64,000 nucleotides of DNA from Lysobacterales bacterium. Lineage in GTDB: Bacteria; Pseudomonadota; Gammaproteobacteria; Xanthomonadales; Xanthomonadaceae. Below the pieces are notes generated by a model. The model saw nothing but the letters and a program-made list of their open reading frames with translations, did no database searches and was not told the DNA's origin. Of the stretch, positions 50,191 to 60,783 are shown one piece after another. The position numbers and the translations under genes are program-made. Within the stretch, counting starts at the first letter, position 1, and every line of letters begins with the position of its first letter. The stretch covers positions 9,098 through 73,097 of the forward strand of contig JBBSST010000012.1 in NCBI GenBank assembly GCA_038241735.1. Reading direction: 5' to 3'.

Positions 50191-50637
50191 ATGTTGATGC
50201 TGATCCTCAACGTGGTATTCGTGCTGATCGCGGTCTCGATGGTCGCGTTGATCCTGATGCAGCGCGGCGCAGGTGCGCAGGCGGGTTCAGGATTCGGCGG
50301 CGGCGCATCGGCCACCGTATTCGGTTCGCGCGGCTCGTCGAACTTCATGTCGAAGGCGACCAAGTGGCTGGCGATCCTGTTTTTCGCGGTCACCCTGTTC
50401 ATGGCCTGGCATGCGACGCGCACCTCTGCGCCCGGCCCGGTGCAGCAGGATCTTGGGGTCATGTCGCAAGCGCCCGCCGCGCCGGCGCAGGCACCAGCGG
50501 CAGGCGATCGCGTTCCGGTGGCCCCGTCGCAGTCGGCGCCGGGTTCAACGCTGCCGTCGGCGCCTGCCCAGTCGGCACCCAAGCCCGCGCCAACGCAACC
50601 GCCGACACCTGCGCCACCGGTTCCTCAGGGCGGCTGA
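50191..50637 (+). CDS. secG: preprotein translocase subunit SecG with Pro/Ala-rich C-terminal extension
   Basis: Two TM helices flank the Gly-rich loop LMQRGAGAQAGSGFGGGASATVFGSRGSSNF. About 60 extra P/A/Q/S residues follow at the C-terminus. Confidence 0.9.
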   Translation: MLMLILNVVFVLIAVSMVALILMQRGAGAQAGSGFGGGASATVFGSRGSSNFMSKATKWLAILFFAVTLFMAWHATRTSAPGPVQQDLGVMSQAPAAPAQAPAAGDRVPVAPSQSAPGSTLPSAPAQSAPKPAPTQPPTPAPPVPQGG

Positions 50638-50691
50638 TAACACTTACAATACGGCCGCTGCGTGCGCGTTGCGGCACGCAACAAATGATTT

Positions 50692-50776
50692 GCCCAGGTG
50701 GCGGAATTGGTAGACGCACTACCTTGAGGTGGTAACGGCTTAGGTCGTGGGGGTTCGAGTCCCCCCTTGGGCACCA
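50692..50776 (+). tRNA. leuU: tRNA-Leu (anticodon GAG), class II with long variable arm, CCA encoded
   Basis: The acceptor stem GCCCAGG pairs with CTTGGGC. D-loop GGAATTGGTAGAC, anticodon loop TTGAGGT (GAG at 50726-50728), T-arm GGGGGTTCGAGTCCCCC. Same position after secG as E. coli leuU. Confidence 0.95.
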
Positions 50777-50904
50777 CACTGCGTTTCGCGCGCGGGATTC
50801 GGCATCGCCAGATGTTGCTTCCGCCGAAGACGCGTATCACCCGCAGATGATGCGGATCGACGTAGCCACGGCCGCTTGATGGGCCTGTAGCGGAGAGAAC
50901 ACGA

Positions 50905-51261
50905 GTGCTGGCCGAATACCTGCCGACCCTGCTGTTCCTGTTCGTTGCCACCGGCATCGGCATTGCCTTGCTGGTCATCGGCAACTTGCTTGGACCCAAG
51001 CGCCCCACGTCCGAGAAACTGTCGCCGTACGAATGCGGTTTTGCCCCGTTCGAGGAAACACGGATGCAGTTCGACATCCGTTATTACCTGATCGCCATCC
51101 AGTTCATCATCTTCGACCTGGAAATCATCTTCATCGTGCCGTGGGCCACCGTGTTCCGCGACCTGGGCGTGCTTGGCCTGATCGAGATGGGTATCTTCGT
51201 GGGCATGCTGTTGCTGGGCTTCATCTACGTGTGGAAGAAGGGAGCGCTGGAGTGGGAGTGA
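50905..51261 (+). CDS. nuoA: NADH-quinone oxidoreductase subunit A
   Basis: GTG start after GGAGAG. 118 aa with three TM segments and the SPYECGF motif. Confidence 0.92.
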   Translation: MLAEYLPTLLFLFVATGIGIALLVIGNLLGPKRPTSEKLSPYECGFAPFEETRMQFDIRYYLIAIQFIIFDLEIIFIVPWATVFRDLGVLGLIEMGIFVGMLLLGFIYVWKKGALEWE

Positions 51262-51833
51262 TCCAATCGATTCAGAAGGTTGCCGATTTTGTCAGCAACC
51301 CGCTGCCCGAAGGCCGCCTCGACGACATCCTGCGTCCCGAGGGAGAAAATCCGCTACTCGAACGCGGTTTCGTGACCACCAGTTCCGACATATTGCTGAA
51401 CTGGGCGCGCACCGGCTCGATGTGGCCGATGACGTTTGGCCTGGCGTGCTGTGCGGTTGAGATGATGCATGCCGGCGCATCGCGCCTGGATCTGGACCGG
51501 TTCGGGGTGGTGTTTCGTCCCAGCCCGCGTCAATCCGACGTGATGATCGTCGCCGGCACCCTGGTCAACAAGATGGCGCCGGCCTTGCGCAAGGTCTATG
51601 ACCAGATGCCCGACCCCAAGTGGGTGATCTCGATGGGCAGCTGCGCCAATGGCGGCGGCTACTACCATTATTCGTATGCCGTGGTGCGCGGTTGCGACCG
51701 AATCGTGCCCGTCGACATCTACGTGCCGGGCTGCCCGCCGACCGCCGAGGCGCTGGTCTACGGCATCCTGCAATTGCAGAAAAAAATCCGCCGCGGTACC
51801 AATTTCGGCGACAACAAGACAGGGCTGCGCTGA
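51252..51833 (+). CDS. nuoB: NADH-quinone oxidoreductase subunit B
   Basis: GTG 51252 gives MGVIQS..., matching Xanthomonas-type NuoB N-termini. Has [20 protein letters not shown] and VPGCPP (N2 cluster ligands). Overlaps nuoA by 10 nt. Confidence 0.92.
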   Translation: MGVIQSIQKVADFVSNPLPEGRLDDILRPEGENPLLERGFVTTSSDILLNWARTGSMWPMTFGLACCAVEMMHAGASRLDLDRFGVVFRPSPRQSDVMIVAGTLVNKMAPALRKVYDQMPDPKWVISMGSCANGGGYYHYSYAVVRGCDRIVPVDIYVPGCPPTAEALVYGILQLQKKIRRGTNFGDNKTGLR

Positions 51834-52621
51834 TGCTTGAGACAGCTGCCGTGTTTGCCGACCGCCTGCGCGCGCGTTTTGATGGCGCCCAGGTCTCCAA
51901 CGACGCGCCGCGCGGCGAAGTCGGCATCGTGTTTTCCGCCGATGCCTGGCACGACGGCTGTCGCGCGCTGCGCGATGAGTTTGGATTCGATCAGCTGGTC
52001 GACATCTGCGGCGTCGATTATTTCGGCTACGGCAGCGATGAGTGGGACACGGAGGTGTCATCGGAAGGTTTCAGTCGCGGTGTCGAGGGCAGGGGCCCGG
52101 GTCGGTTCATGTTTGGTGAAGTGCCCAGCGAACAAACCGCGCAACCGCAGGGTGAGCAGCCCACGCAGGTGCCGCAACGTCGCTATGCTGCGGTCGCGCA
52201 CCTGCTGTCGGTGTGCAACAACCAACGCGTGCGGGTGAAGTGTTTCGCACCCAACGATGACCTGCCGATCGTCGCGTCGCTGACCGACCTGTGGCGTGGT
52301 TCAAACTGGTTCGAGCGCGAGGCGTTCGACCTGTTCGGCATCGTTTTCGAAGGCCATCCGGATTTGCGCCGCATCCTCACCGATTATGGTTTTGTCGGAC
52401 ATCCGTTCCGCAAGGATTTCCCGTTGATCGGCAACGTCGAAGTGCGTTACGACGCGGAAAAAAAGCGCGTTGTGTACGAGCCGGTGACGTCGGTCGAACC
52501 ACGCGTGCTGGTGCCGCGGGTGATCCGCGATGATGCGCGGTATGCCACCGCCCAGGGCGAGGATCGCGACCTCAAGGTGCACGAACGCATTGGTCCGGCG
52601 GATGCGGGAGCGGTGAAATGA
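51833..52621 (+). CDS. nuoC: NADH-quinone oxidoreductase subunit C
   Basis: The ATG shares one nt with the nuoB stop (TGATG). [25 protein letters not shown] signature. Confidence 0.92.
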   Translation: MLETAAVFADRLRARFDGAQVSNDAPRGEVGIVFSADAWHDGCRALRDEFGFDQLVDICGVDYFGYGSDEWDTEVSSEGFSRGVEGRGPGRFMFGEVPSEQTAQPQGEQPTQVPQRRYAAVAHLLSVCNNQRVRVKCFAPNDDLPIVASLTDLWRGSNWFEREAFDLFGIVFEGHPDLRRILTDYGFVGHPFRKDFPLIGNVEVRYDAEKKRVVYEPVTSVEPRVLVPRVIRDDARYATAQGEDRDLKVHERIGPADAGAVK

Positions 52622-53928
52622 GCGCACATCCAGCGCCGTCCACGGTGCCCTTCGCAAGCGATGCGGCCGAAGCGCGCCAGGAAATCCGCAATTACACCTT
52701 CAACTTCGGTCCCCAGCATCCCGCCGCGCATGGCGTGCTGCGCCTGATCCTTGAAATGGACGGCGAGACCGTGGTCCGCGCCGACCCGCATATCGGCCTG
52801 CTGCACCGTGGCACCGAAAAACTGGCCGAATCCAAGCCGTTCAACCAGTCGATCGGCTACATGGATCGCCTCGACTACGTATCGATGATGTGCAACGAGC
52901 ACGCCTACGTGCGTGCAATCGAAACCCTGATGGGGATCGAGGCGCCCGAGCGCGCGCAGTGGATCCGCACCCTGTTCGACGAGGTCACGCGCATCCTCAA
53001 CCACCTGATGTGGCTGGGCTCCAATGGCCTGGACCTCGGCGCGATGGCGGTGTTCCTGTACGCGTTCCGCGAGCGCGAAGAATTGATGGACGTGTACGAG
53101 GCCGTCAGTGGCGCGCGCATGCACGCGACCTATTACCGTCCCGGCGGCGTCTACCGCGACCTGCCCGAGCGCATGCCGCAGTACCGCGAATCGCCGTGGA
53201 AGAAGGGTGCCAACCTCAAGCGCTTCAATGCATGGCGCGAAGGTTCGATGCTCGATTACCTGGATGCGTTCTGCAAGGATTTCCCCGATCGCATCGATGA
53301 GTACGAAACCCTGCTGACCGACAACCGCATTTGGAAGCAACGCACGGTGGGCATCGGGGTGATTCCGCCTGAACAGGCGCTGGCACTGGGCATGACCGGG
53401 CCAATGCTGCGTGGTTCGGGCATCGCCTGGGACCTGCGCAAGAAGCAGCCGTATGCGAAATACGCCGAGGTTGATTTCGACATCCCGGTCGGCGTCGAAG
53501 GCGACTGCTATGACCGATATCTCGTGCGCGTGGCCGAAATGCGCCAGTCGGTGCGGATCATCGAGCAGTGCGTTCGCTGGCTGCGGGTGAATCCCGGCCC
53601 GGTCATGCTCGACAATTACAAGGTGTCGCCGCCATCGCGTGAGTCGATGAAGGACGACATGGAAGCGTTGATCCACCACTTCAAGCTGTTCACTGAAGGC
53701 TATTGCGTTCCGGCAGGCGAGACCTACTGCGCGGTGGAAGCGCCGAAGGGCGAGTTTGGCTGCTACCTGGTGTCCGATGGCGCCAACAAGCCGTTCCGTG
53801 TGCACCTGCGTGCGCCGGGTTTTGCCCATTTGTCATCGATGGACGAGATCGTGCGCGGGCACATGTTGTCCGACGTGGTGGCAATGATCGGCACCTATGA
53901 CGTGGTGTTCGGAGAAATCGACAGGTGA
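52618..53928 (+). CDS. nuoD: NADH-quinone oxidoreductase subunit D
   Basis: [27 protein letters not shown], and a C-terminal VFGEIDR. ATGA overlap with nuoC. Confidence 0.95.
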   Translation: MSAHPAPSTVPFASDAAEARQEIRNYTFNFGPQHPAAHGVLRLILEMDGETVVRADPHIGLLHRGTEKLAESKPFNQSIGYMDRLDYVSMMCNEHAYVRAIETLMGIEAPERAQWIRTLFDEVTRILNHLMWLGSNGLDLGAMAVFLYAFREREELMDVYEAVSGARMHATYYRPGGVYRDLPERMPQYRESPWKKGANLKRFNAWREGSMLDYLDAFCKDFPDRIDEYETLLTDNRIWKQRTVGIGVIPPEQALALGMTGPMLRGSGIAWDLRKKQPYAKYAEVDFDIPVGVEGDCYDRYLVRVAEMRQSVRIIEQCVRWLRVNPGPVMLDNYKVSPPSRESMKDDMEALIHHFKLFTEGYCVPAGETYCAVEAPKGEFGCYLVSDGANKPFRVHLRAPGFAHLSSMDEIVRGHMLSDVVAMIGTYDVVFGEIDR

Positions 53929-54452
53929 AGGCGACAGGCAACTTCGAAAACGCGCGCAACATCGATCCGATGCTGGCATTGAGTGACAGCACGCGCGCGC
54001 ACATCGACCACTGGCTGGAGAAATTCCCGCCGGACCGCAAACGCTCCGCCGTGCTGCAGGGCCTGCACGCCGCGCAGGAACAAAACGGCGGCTGGCTGAG
54101 TGATGAATTGATCGCCGCCGTGGCCAAGTACCTCGGCTTGCCGCCGGTGTGGGCGTACGAGGTGGCGACGTTCTATTCGATGTTCGAGGTCGAGAAGGTT
54201 GGTCGCAACAACGTCGCGTTCTGCACCAACATCAGCTGCTGGTTGAACGGCGCCGAAGACCTGGTCAGGCATGCCGAACAGAAACTTGGCTGCAAGCTGG
54301 GCGAGTCCACCGCCGATGGCCGCGTGTTTCTCAAGCGCGAGGAAGAATGCGTCGCGGCGTGCTGCGGCGCGCCGGTGGTGGTCATCAACGGGCATTACCA
54401 CGAGAAGCTCGATGCGACGAAAGTCGACGCGCTGCTCGACGGCTTGAAGTGA
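53925..54452 (+). CDS. nuoE: NADH-quinone oxidoreductase subunit E
   Basis: GTGA overlap with nuoD. 2Fe-2S ligands are in CTNISC...and EECVAAC contexts. Confidence 0.93.
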   Translation: MKATGNFENARNIDPMLALSDSTRAHIDHWLEKFPPDRKRSAVLQGLHAAQEQNGGWLSDELIAAVAKYLGLPPVWAYEVATFYSMFEVEKVGRNNVAFCTNISCWLNGAEDLVRHAEQKLGCKLGESTADGRVFLKREEECVAACCGAPVVVINGHYHEKLDATKVDALLDGLK

Positions 54453-54466
54453 GGCCGCAGACGCAC

Positions 54467-55834
54467 ATGACACAGCATTCCCCCCACGCTTCCGAAGGCT
54501 ACGGTCCCGTCGGTCCTGCACCGAAGGAGCACCAGGCCGTCTACACCACGCTGCATTTCGACAAGCCGTGGTCGTATGAGAACTACCTGAAGACCGGCGG
54601 TTACAGCGCCCTGCGCAAGATCATCGAGGACAAGATCGCACCGGTCGATGTGATCGAGATGGTCAAGCAATCGGGTTTGCGCGGCCGCGGCGGCGCGGGC
54701 TTCCCCACGGGCCTTAAATGGAGCTTCATGCCCAAGGATTCGGGCATGCAGAAATACATCCTGTGCAACTCCGACGAATCCGAGCCGGGCACCTGCAAGG
54801 ATCGCGACATCCTGCGCTACAACCCGCACTCGGTGATCGAGGGCATGGCGATTGCGTGCTACGCGACTGGCAGCACCGTGGGCTACAACTACCTGCGCGG
54901 CGAATTCCACCACGAGCCGTTCGAGCATCTCGAGGAAGCCACCGCCGAGGCCTACCGGCATGGCTGGCTGGGCAAGGACGTGTTGGGCAGCGGGATCGAC
55001 ATCGAGATCCACAACGCGCTGGGCGCGGGTGCCTACATCTGTGGCGAAGAAACCGCGTTGATGGAATCGCTGGAGGGCAAGAAGGGCCAGCCGCGCTACA
55101 AACCGCCGTTTCCGGCGAATTTTGGCCTGTTTGGCAAGCCGACCACGATCAACAATACCGAGACGTTCGCCTCGGTGCCGGCGATCGTGCGCAACGGCGC
55201 CGAGTGGTTCCTGAACCTGGGCAAGCCCAACAATGGCGGACCGAAAATTTTCTCGGTCTCAGGCCACGTCGCCAAGCCCGGGAATTACGAAGTCCGCCTG
55301 GGCACATCGTTTGCCGACCTGCTGGAAATGGCCGGCGGCATTCGCGCCGGTCGCACGCTCAAGTGCGTGATTCCCGGTGGTTCGTCGATGCCGGTATTGC
55401 CGGGCGAGACGATGATGCAACTGACCATGGATTACGACAGCATCCAGAAGGCCGGTTCCGGCCTGGGCTCGGGTGCGGTGATCGTGATGGATGACACGAC
55501 CTGCATGGTGCGTGCCTGCCAACGCATCGCGCGTTTCTATTTCAGCGAGAGCTGCGGCCAGTGCACGCCGTGTCGCGAAGGCACCGGCTGGATGTACCGC
55601 ATGCTCACGCGCATCGTCGATGGCCAGGCCACGATCGATGACCTCAACATGCTCAAGGCCGCTGCCGGCCAGATCGAAGGCCACACCATCTGCGCCTTCG
55701 GCGAAGCCGCCGCGTGGCCGGTGCAGGGATTCCTGCGGCATTACTGGGACGAGTTCGAATACGCCATCGTCAACGGGCGCTTTCTTGTCGACGACCAGCG
55801 TGCCGGCACCGTGGTGGAGAAGGTGGCCGCATGA
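54467..55834 (+). CDS. nuoF: NADH-quinone oxidoreductase subunit F
   Basis: ATG 54467. [13 protein letters not shown] (FMN/NADH site) and [12 protein letters not shown] (N3 4Fe-4S). Confidence 0.95.
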   Translation: MTQHSPHASEGYGPVGPAPKEHQAVYTTLHFDKPWSYENYLKTGGYSALRKIIEDKIAPVDVIEMVKQSGLRGRGGAGFPTGLKWSFMPKDSGMQKYILCNSDESEPGTCKDRDILRYNPHSVIEGMAIACYATGSTVGYNYLRGEFHHEPFEHLEEATAEAYRHGWLGKDVLGSGIDIEIHNALGAGAYICGEETALMESLEGKKGQPRYKPPFPANFGLFGKPTTINNTETFASVPAIVRNGAEWFLNLGKPNNGGPKIFSVSGHVAKPGNYEVRLGTSFADLLEMAGGIRAGRTLKCVIPGGSSMPVLPGETMMQLTMDYDSIQKAGSGLGSGAVIVMDDTTCMVRACQRIARFYFSESCGQCTPCREGTGWMYRMLTRIVDGQATIDDLNMLKAAAGQIEGHTICAFGEAAAWPVQGFLRHYWDEFEYAIVNGRFLVDDQRAGTVVEKVAA

Positions 55835-55910
55835 ATTCCACGACCTTCCGTGATCGTTCCGCTGCCATTCCCGCCGTCGCCTCGATGACGGGCCAACACG
55901 AGAGCCAGGC

Positions 55911-58193
55911 ATGAGTTCGCAACCGGTGAACCCGAACCTGCCGCCCGACCACGTCACCGTCTTCATCGATGGCGTCGAGATGGCTGCGCCCAAGGGTTCG
56001 ATGATCATCCAGGCCGCCGACAAGGCCGGCATCGCGATCCCGCGTTTTTGTTACCACGACAAGCTGGCCATCGCGGCGAATTGCCGCATGTGCCTGGTGG
56101 ATGTCGAGAAGATGGGCAAGCCCGCGCCGGCGTGCGCCACGCCGGTGATGGACGGCATGCAGGTGCGCACGCGCAGCGACAAGGCGCTCAAGGCGCAGCG
56201 CAACGTGATGGAATTCCTGCTGATCAACCATCCGCTCGATTGCCCGATCTGCGACCAGGGCGGCGAATGCGAACTGCAGGACCTGTCGCTGGGCTACGGC
56301 CGTTCGGTCAGCCGTTTCAGCGAACGCAAGCGCGTGGTGGCCGACGAGGACATGGGCCCGCTGGTGGCCAGCGACATGACCCGCTGCATCCATTGCACGC
56401 GCTGCATCCGTTTTACCGCTGAAATCGCCGGCACCTATGAGCTTGGCGGCATGCAGCGCGGCGAAGACCTGCAGATCGGCACCTACGACGGCAAGCCGCT
56501 GACCACGGAGTTGTCCGGCAACGTCATCGACGTCTGTCCGGTGGGCGCGCTGACCAACAAGGTGTTCCGCTTCCGCGCACGCCCGTGGGAGCTGATCGCC
56601 AAGCCATCGCTGGGTTATCACGACGCAATGGGCAGCAACCTGTTCCTGCATTCGCGCCGTGGCGACGTGATGCGCGCGGTGCCGCGCGACAACGAAGCGG
56701 TCAACGAGTGCTGGCTGTCGGATCGTGACCGGTACTCGCACGAGGGCCTGTATGCCGAGGATCGCGCGCTCAAGCCGATGCTCAAGGTCGATGGCCAGTG
56801 GCGTGAAGCCTCGTGGGAAGACGCGCTGGCCAAGGCCGCCAAGATCCTGCGTGACAACGCGGCCGATGACCTCGGCATCCTGGTGCATCCGGCAACATCG
56901 AACGAGGAAGGTGCGTTGCTCGCACGCCTTGCCGATGCGCTGGGTTCGGGAAATCTTGACCACCGTATCGCCCAGCACGATGTCTCCGATGGCGCGACCG
57001 CGGCGGCGTTCGCGATGCCGGTCGCTGACATTGAACATGCTGATTTCATCGTCATCGTCGGCAGCCACCTGCGCTTCGAGTTGCCGCTGCTGCATGCGCG
57101 CGTCCGAAAGGCGACGATGCGCGGCGCCAAGGTCCATGTGATCAATCCGGTCGATTTCGAATTCGCATTCGATATCGCCGGCAAGCAGATCGTGGCACCG
57201 TCGCAGATTGCCGCGGCGCTGGCTTCGGGCGACCTTGCCAAGGCAATCCAGGGCGCCACGCGCGCGGTGGTGATCGTTGGCGCGGTGGCCGAAAACAGCC
57301 TGCACGCTGCTGCGATCCGCAAGGCCGCGGCTGATTTCACCAGCGCCAGCAACGCCGCGCTGTGTCGTATCCCGCAGGGCGCCAATGCGCTTGGGCTTGT
57401 CCGCAACGGCGTACTGCCGGCTTCGCGCGACTGCAGCACCATGCTGGCGCAGCCGCGCAGCGGCTATGTCATTTACGGCATCGAACCTGGCCTTGATTTC
57501 GCCGACCAGGCGACGGCCATGAAGGCATTGGACGATGCCCAAGTCGTGGCGTTCAGTCATTTCGCGTGCGAGTCCACGCGTGCGGTCGCCGACGTGATCC
57601 TGCCGATCGGCGCATTGCCGGAAGTCGACGCCACGTTGACCAACCTGGATGGGTTCGAACAACGCGCCGTCGCGGCCGGCAAGCTGCCGGGCGACGCACG
57701 TCCGGGCTGGCGCGTGCTGCGCGCATTGGGTGGCGAGTTGAACCTGGCCGGTTTTGAGTTCACCGACCTGGCCGGCCTGCGGGCTTCGATGCAGGCCAGT
57801 GGGGAAACGGGCAAGCGCGGTGAACGTCGCGATGTTCAACGCGGATACGACGGCAGTCGGTTCGACGATGCAACCGCGGGACTGGATGGGCAGGGGACGA
57901 TCGAGCTTGCCGTGTCCGAGGCCATCTATCGCGTCGATGCTGTCACCCGTCGCGCCGCCGCCTTGCAGGCACATCCGTTGACCACGGGGCCGCGCATCAG
58001 CTTGCATCCGCAGGATGCGCAGTCCGCTGGTATCGCCGATGGTGAGATGGCAAAGGTTTCCAACGTCCTGGGCACTGCAGTCCTGCCGGTCTTCATCAGT
58101 GACCGCGTCGCACCGGGCGCGGCGTGGGTCGAGCGTGGCTACGGCGCAACGGCGGCGTTGGCCGCAGGCCGCGTGAAGGTGGGGGCGGCATGA
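55911..58193 (+). CDS. nuoG: NADH-quinone oxidoreductase subunit G
   Basis: [37 protein letters not shown] and [10 protein letters not shown] cluster motifs. 760 aa. Confidence 0.95.
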   Translation: MSSQPVNPNLPPDHVTVFIDGVEMAAPKGSMIIQAADKAGIAIPRFCYHDKLAIAANCRMCLVDVEKMGKPAPACATPVMDGMQVRTRSDKALKAQRNVMEFLLINHPLDCPICDQGGECELQDLSLGYGRSVSRFSERKRVVADEDMGPLVASDMTRCIHCTRCIRFTAEIAGTYELGGMQRGEDLQIGTYDGKPLTTELSGNVIDVCPVGALTNKVFRFRARPWELIAKPSLGYHDAMGSNLFLHSRRGDVMRAVPRDNEAVNECWLSDRDRYSHEGLYAEDRALKPMLKVDGQWREASWEDALAKAAKILRDNAADDLGILVHPATSNEEGALLARLADALGSGNLDHRIAQHDVSDGATAAAFAMPVADIEHADFIVIVGSHLRFELPLLHARVRKATMRGAKVHVINPVDFEFAFDIAGKQIVAPSQIAAALASGDLAKAIQGATRAVVIVGAVAENSLHAAAIRKAAADFTSASNAALCRIPQGANALGLVRNGVLPASRDCSTMLAQPRSGYVIYGIEPGLDFADQATAMKALDDAQVVAFSHFACESTRAVADVILPIGALPEVDATLTNLDGFEQRAVAAGKLPGDARPGWRVLRALGGELNLAGFEFTDLAGLRASMQASGETGKRGERRDVQRGYDGSRFDDATAGLDGQGTIELAVSEAIYRVDAVTRRAAALQAHPLTTGPRISLHPQDAQSAGIADGEMAKVSNVLGTAVLPVFISDRVAPGAAWVERGYGATAALAAGRVKVGAA

Positions 58194-59281
58194 ATACCGC
58201 AACCCTCTTGGCCAATGTGTTCGATCCGCTGCACGAGTGGCTGTTGTCGCTGGGCGCCATCGGCCTGATCGCGTGGATCGTGCTGAAGATACTGGCGGTT
58301 GCGGTGCCTGTGATCCTTGCGGTTGCGTTTTACGTGGTCTGGGAGCGCAAGTTGATCGGCTGGATGCATGTACGCCATGGCCCGATGTATGTCGGGTTCG
58401 GCGTTTTCCAGGCATTCGCCGACGTCTTCAAGCTGTTGTTCAAGGAAGTCATCCAGCCGACCAATGCACAACGATCGCTGTATGTCCTTGCGCCGCTGAT
58501 CACCCTGGTGCCGGCGTTCGCGGCGTGGGCCGTGGTGCCGTTCGATTCGCAGCTGGTGTTGTCCAATGCCAATGCGGGGTTGCTGTATTTGCTGGCGATG
58601 ACGTCGCTGGGCATCTACGGGGTGATCCTGGCCGGCTGGGCCTCCAACTCCAAGTACGCCTTCCTCGGCGCGATGCGCTCGGCCGCGCAGATGGTCAGCT
58701 ATGAAATCGCGATGGGCTTTGCCCTGGTCGGCGTGATGATCGGTGCCGGCAGCCTCAACCTCACAGAGATCGTCATGGCGCAAGCCGGCGACAAGGGGTT
58801 GTTCGAGTGGTTCTGGCTGCCGATGCTGCCGTTGTTCGTGGTGTATTTCGTGTCCGGCGTGGCCGAGACCAACCGCGCACCATTTGACGTGGTCGAGGGC
58901 GAATCGGAAATTGTCGCCGGTCACATGGTCGAATATTCCGGTGCTGCCTTTGCGCTGTTCTTCCTGGCCGAATACGCCAACATGATCCTGGTCAGTTTCC
59001 TGACCGCGATCTTCTTCGCCGGCGGCTGGCTGTCTCCTCTGCAGGGCTGGTTTAGCGATGTCCCGCTGCTGTCGTGGTTGGCCGTCGACGGGTGGTGGTG
59101 GCTGTTCCTGAAGGTCGGTTTCTTTGCCAGCTGCTTCATCTGGTTCCGCGCCACGTTCCCGCGCTATCGCTATGACCAGATCATGCGGCTGGGCTGGAAG
59201 GTCTTCATCCCGCTGAGTATTGGATGGATCGTGGTGACGGCGCTGATGGCGTATTACGGCGTGTTCGAGGCCGGTCGGTGA
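58190..59281 (+). CDS. nuoH: NADH-quinone oxidoreductase subunit H
   Basis: ATGA overlap with nuo[25 protein letters not shown] and EYSG motifs; multi-TM. Confidence 0.94.
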   Translation: MNTATLLANVFDPLHEWLLSLGAIGLIAWIVLKILAVAVPVILAVAFYVVWERKLIGWMHVRHGPMYVGFGVFQAFADVFKLLFKEVIQPTNAQRSLYVLAPLITLVPAFAAWAVVPFDSQLVLSNANAGLLYLLAMTSLGIYGVILAGWASNSKYAFLGAMRSAAQMVSYEIAMGFALVGVMIGAGSLNLTEIVMAQAGDKGLFEWFWLPMLPLFVVYFVSGVAETNRAPFDVVEGESEIVAGHMVEYSGAAFALFFLAEYANMILVSFLTAIFFAGGWLSPLQGWFSDVPLLSWLAVDGWWWLFLKVGFFASCFIWFRATFPRYRYDQIMRLGWKVFIPLSIGWIVVTALMAYYGVFEAGR

Positions 59282-59286
59282 AGGAC

Positions 59287-59784
59287 ATGACAGTGATTGA
59301 AAAAATGGCGTCCTGGTTCAAGGGCCTGCTGCTGCTGGAAATGCTCAGCGGCATGTGGCTGACCTTTAAATACCTGTTCCGGCCCAAGTACACGCTGATG
59401 TATCCGATGGAAAAAACGCCGCAGTCGCCGCGCTTCCGCGGCCTGCATGCGCTGCGTCGATACCCCAACGGCGAGGAACGCTGCATCGCTTGCAAGTTGT
59501 GCGAGGCCGTGTGCCCTGCGCTGGCGATCACCATCGATTCCGAACAGCGCGCCGACGGTTCGCGCCGGACCACGCGCTACGACATTGACTTGTTCAAGTG
59601 CATCTTCTGCGGATTTTGCGAGGAATCGTGCCCCGTCGATTCGATCGTCGAAACCCATGTCCTTGAATACCACTTCGAAAATCGCGGCGAGAACATCGTC
59701 AACAAGCAGCAGTTGCTGGCAATCGGGGACCGGCTTGAATCCGAGATCGCCGAACGCCGCGCTGCCGATGCCCCGTTTCGATGA
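59287..59784 (+). CDS. nuoI: NADH-quinone oxidoreductase subunit I
   Basis: Two ferredoxin motifs, [12 protein letters not shown] and [15 protein letters not shown] 59287. Confidence 0.95.
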   Translation: MTVIEKMASWFKGLLLLEMLSGMWLTFKYLFRPKYTLMYPMEKTPQSPRFRGLHALRRYPNGEERCIACKLCEAVCPALAITIDSEQRADGSRRTTRYDIDLFKCIFCGFCEESCPVDSIVETHVLEYHFENRGENIVNKQQLLAIGDRLESEIAERRAADAPFR

Positions 59785-59805
59785 ACCTGTGCCGTTGAGG
59801 ACCTG

Positions 59806-60456
59806 ATGGACTACGCATTGCTCACCTTCCTTGCCTTCGCCGTAGTGACCGTGGTCGCCGCCGGCGCGGTGATCAGCGTCAGGAACCCGGTGCACGCCGC
59901 GCTGTTCCTGGTGCTGACGTTCTTCAGCGTTGCATGCACCTGGATCCTCGCCGATGCCGAGTTCCTTGGCATTGCGCTGGTGCTGGTCTATGTCGGTGCA
60001 GTGATGGTGCTATTCCTGTTCGTGGTGATGATGCTCGATATCGACCTGGTGCCACTGCGCGAAGGCTACGTGCGCTACCTGCCGGTTGGTTTGCTGGTGG
60101 CAGTGGTGATGCTGGTCGAGATGCTGTCGCTGATCGGGATCAGGTCGCGGCTGGTGCCGTTTGGGATCGACCCTGCAGTAGAGGCCGGTATCCCCAACAT
60201 CGAATGGCTGGCGCATCGCCTGTTCAGTGAATTCCTGCTGCCGTTCGAGGTTGCCGCGCTGATCCTGACGGTCGCGGTGATCGCGGCGGTCACCCTCACC
60301 TTGCGCCGTCGCGTGGGTACCAAGCACCAGAATCCCGGCGCGCAGGCACGGACCCGGGCCGAAGATCGTTTCCGTCTGGTCAAGATGGACGCCACGACCA
60401 GGCCGCAGGACATCACGCCGCCGCTGCCCGGCGCCGTGGACGGAGAGGCCAAATGA
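59806..60456 (+). CDS. nuoJ: NADH-quinone oxidoreductase subunit J
   Basis: 216 aa with five hydrophobic segments and the [19 protein letters not shown] block. Position in the operon supports the call. Confidence 0.92.
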   Translation: MDYALLTFLAFAVVTVVAAGAVISVRNPVHAALFLVLTFFSVACTWILADAEFLGIALVLVYVGAVMVLFLFVVMMLDIDLVPLREGYVRYLPVGLLVAVVMLVEMLSLIGIRSRLVPFGIDPAVEAGIPNIEWLAHRLFSEFLLPFEVAALILTVAVIAAVTLTLRRRVGTKHQNPGAQARTRAEDRFRLVKMDATTRPQDITPPLPGAVDGEAK

Positions 60457-60779
60457 TCGAAATCTTCGGACAGGGGCTGGCGCTGGGTCATTACCTTGCG
60501 CTCGGCGCGGCGTTGTTCTGCATCAGCGTGGCCGGCATTTTCCTCAATCGCAAGAACGTGATCATCCTGCTGATGTCGATCGAGCTGATGCTGCTCGCGG
60601 TCAACATCAATTTCGTCGCCTTCGCCCGTCAAGCCGGCGATGCCGCCGGGCAGGTGTTCGTGTTCTTCATCCTCACCGTGGCCGCTGCCGAGGCCGCCAT
60701 CGGCCTGGCGATCCTGGTCACGCTGTTCCGCAACCGGCGCACGATCAACGTCGCCGAAATCGACACACTCAAGGGTTGA
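60453..60779 (+). CDS. nuoK: NADH-quinone oxidoreductase subunit K
   Basis: ATGA overlap with nuoJ. 108 aa, three TM segments, with [15 protein letters not shown] and [12 protein letters not shown]. Confidence 0.94.
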   Translation: MIEIFGQGLALGHYLALGAALFCISVAGIFLNRKNVIILLMSIELMLLAVNINFVAFARQAGDAAGQVFVFFILTVAAAEAAIGLAILVTLFRNRRTINVAEIDTLKG

Positions 60780-60783
60780 CGTG

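Noticed and set aside
50692-50904. tRNA-Leu as a possible genomic-island integration site
   Set aside because: There is no integrase, no partial tRNA direct repeat and no compositional shift downstream. The tRNA is followed directly by the conserved nuo operon.
55770-58415. 881-aa minus-strand ORF antisense to nuoG and the start of nuoH
   Set aside because: It is the longest ORF in the window. However, nuoG on the plus strand has all its Fe-S cysteine motifs. The antisense product is Arg/Ala-rich with no motif. I treat it as a shadow ORF.
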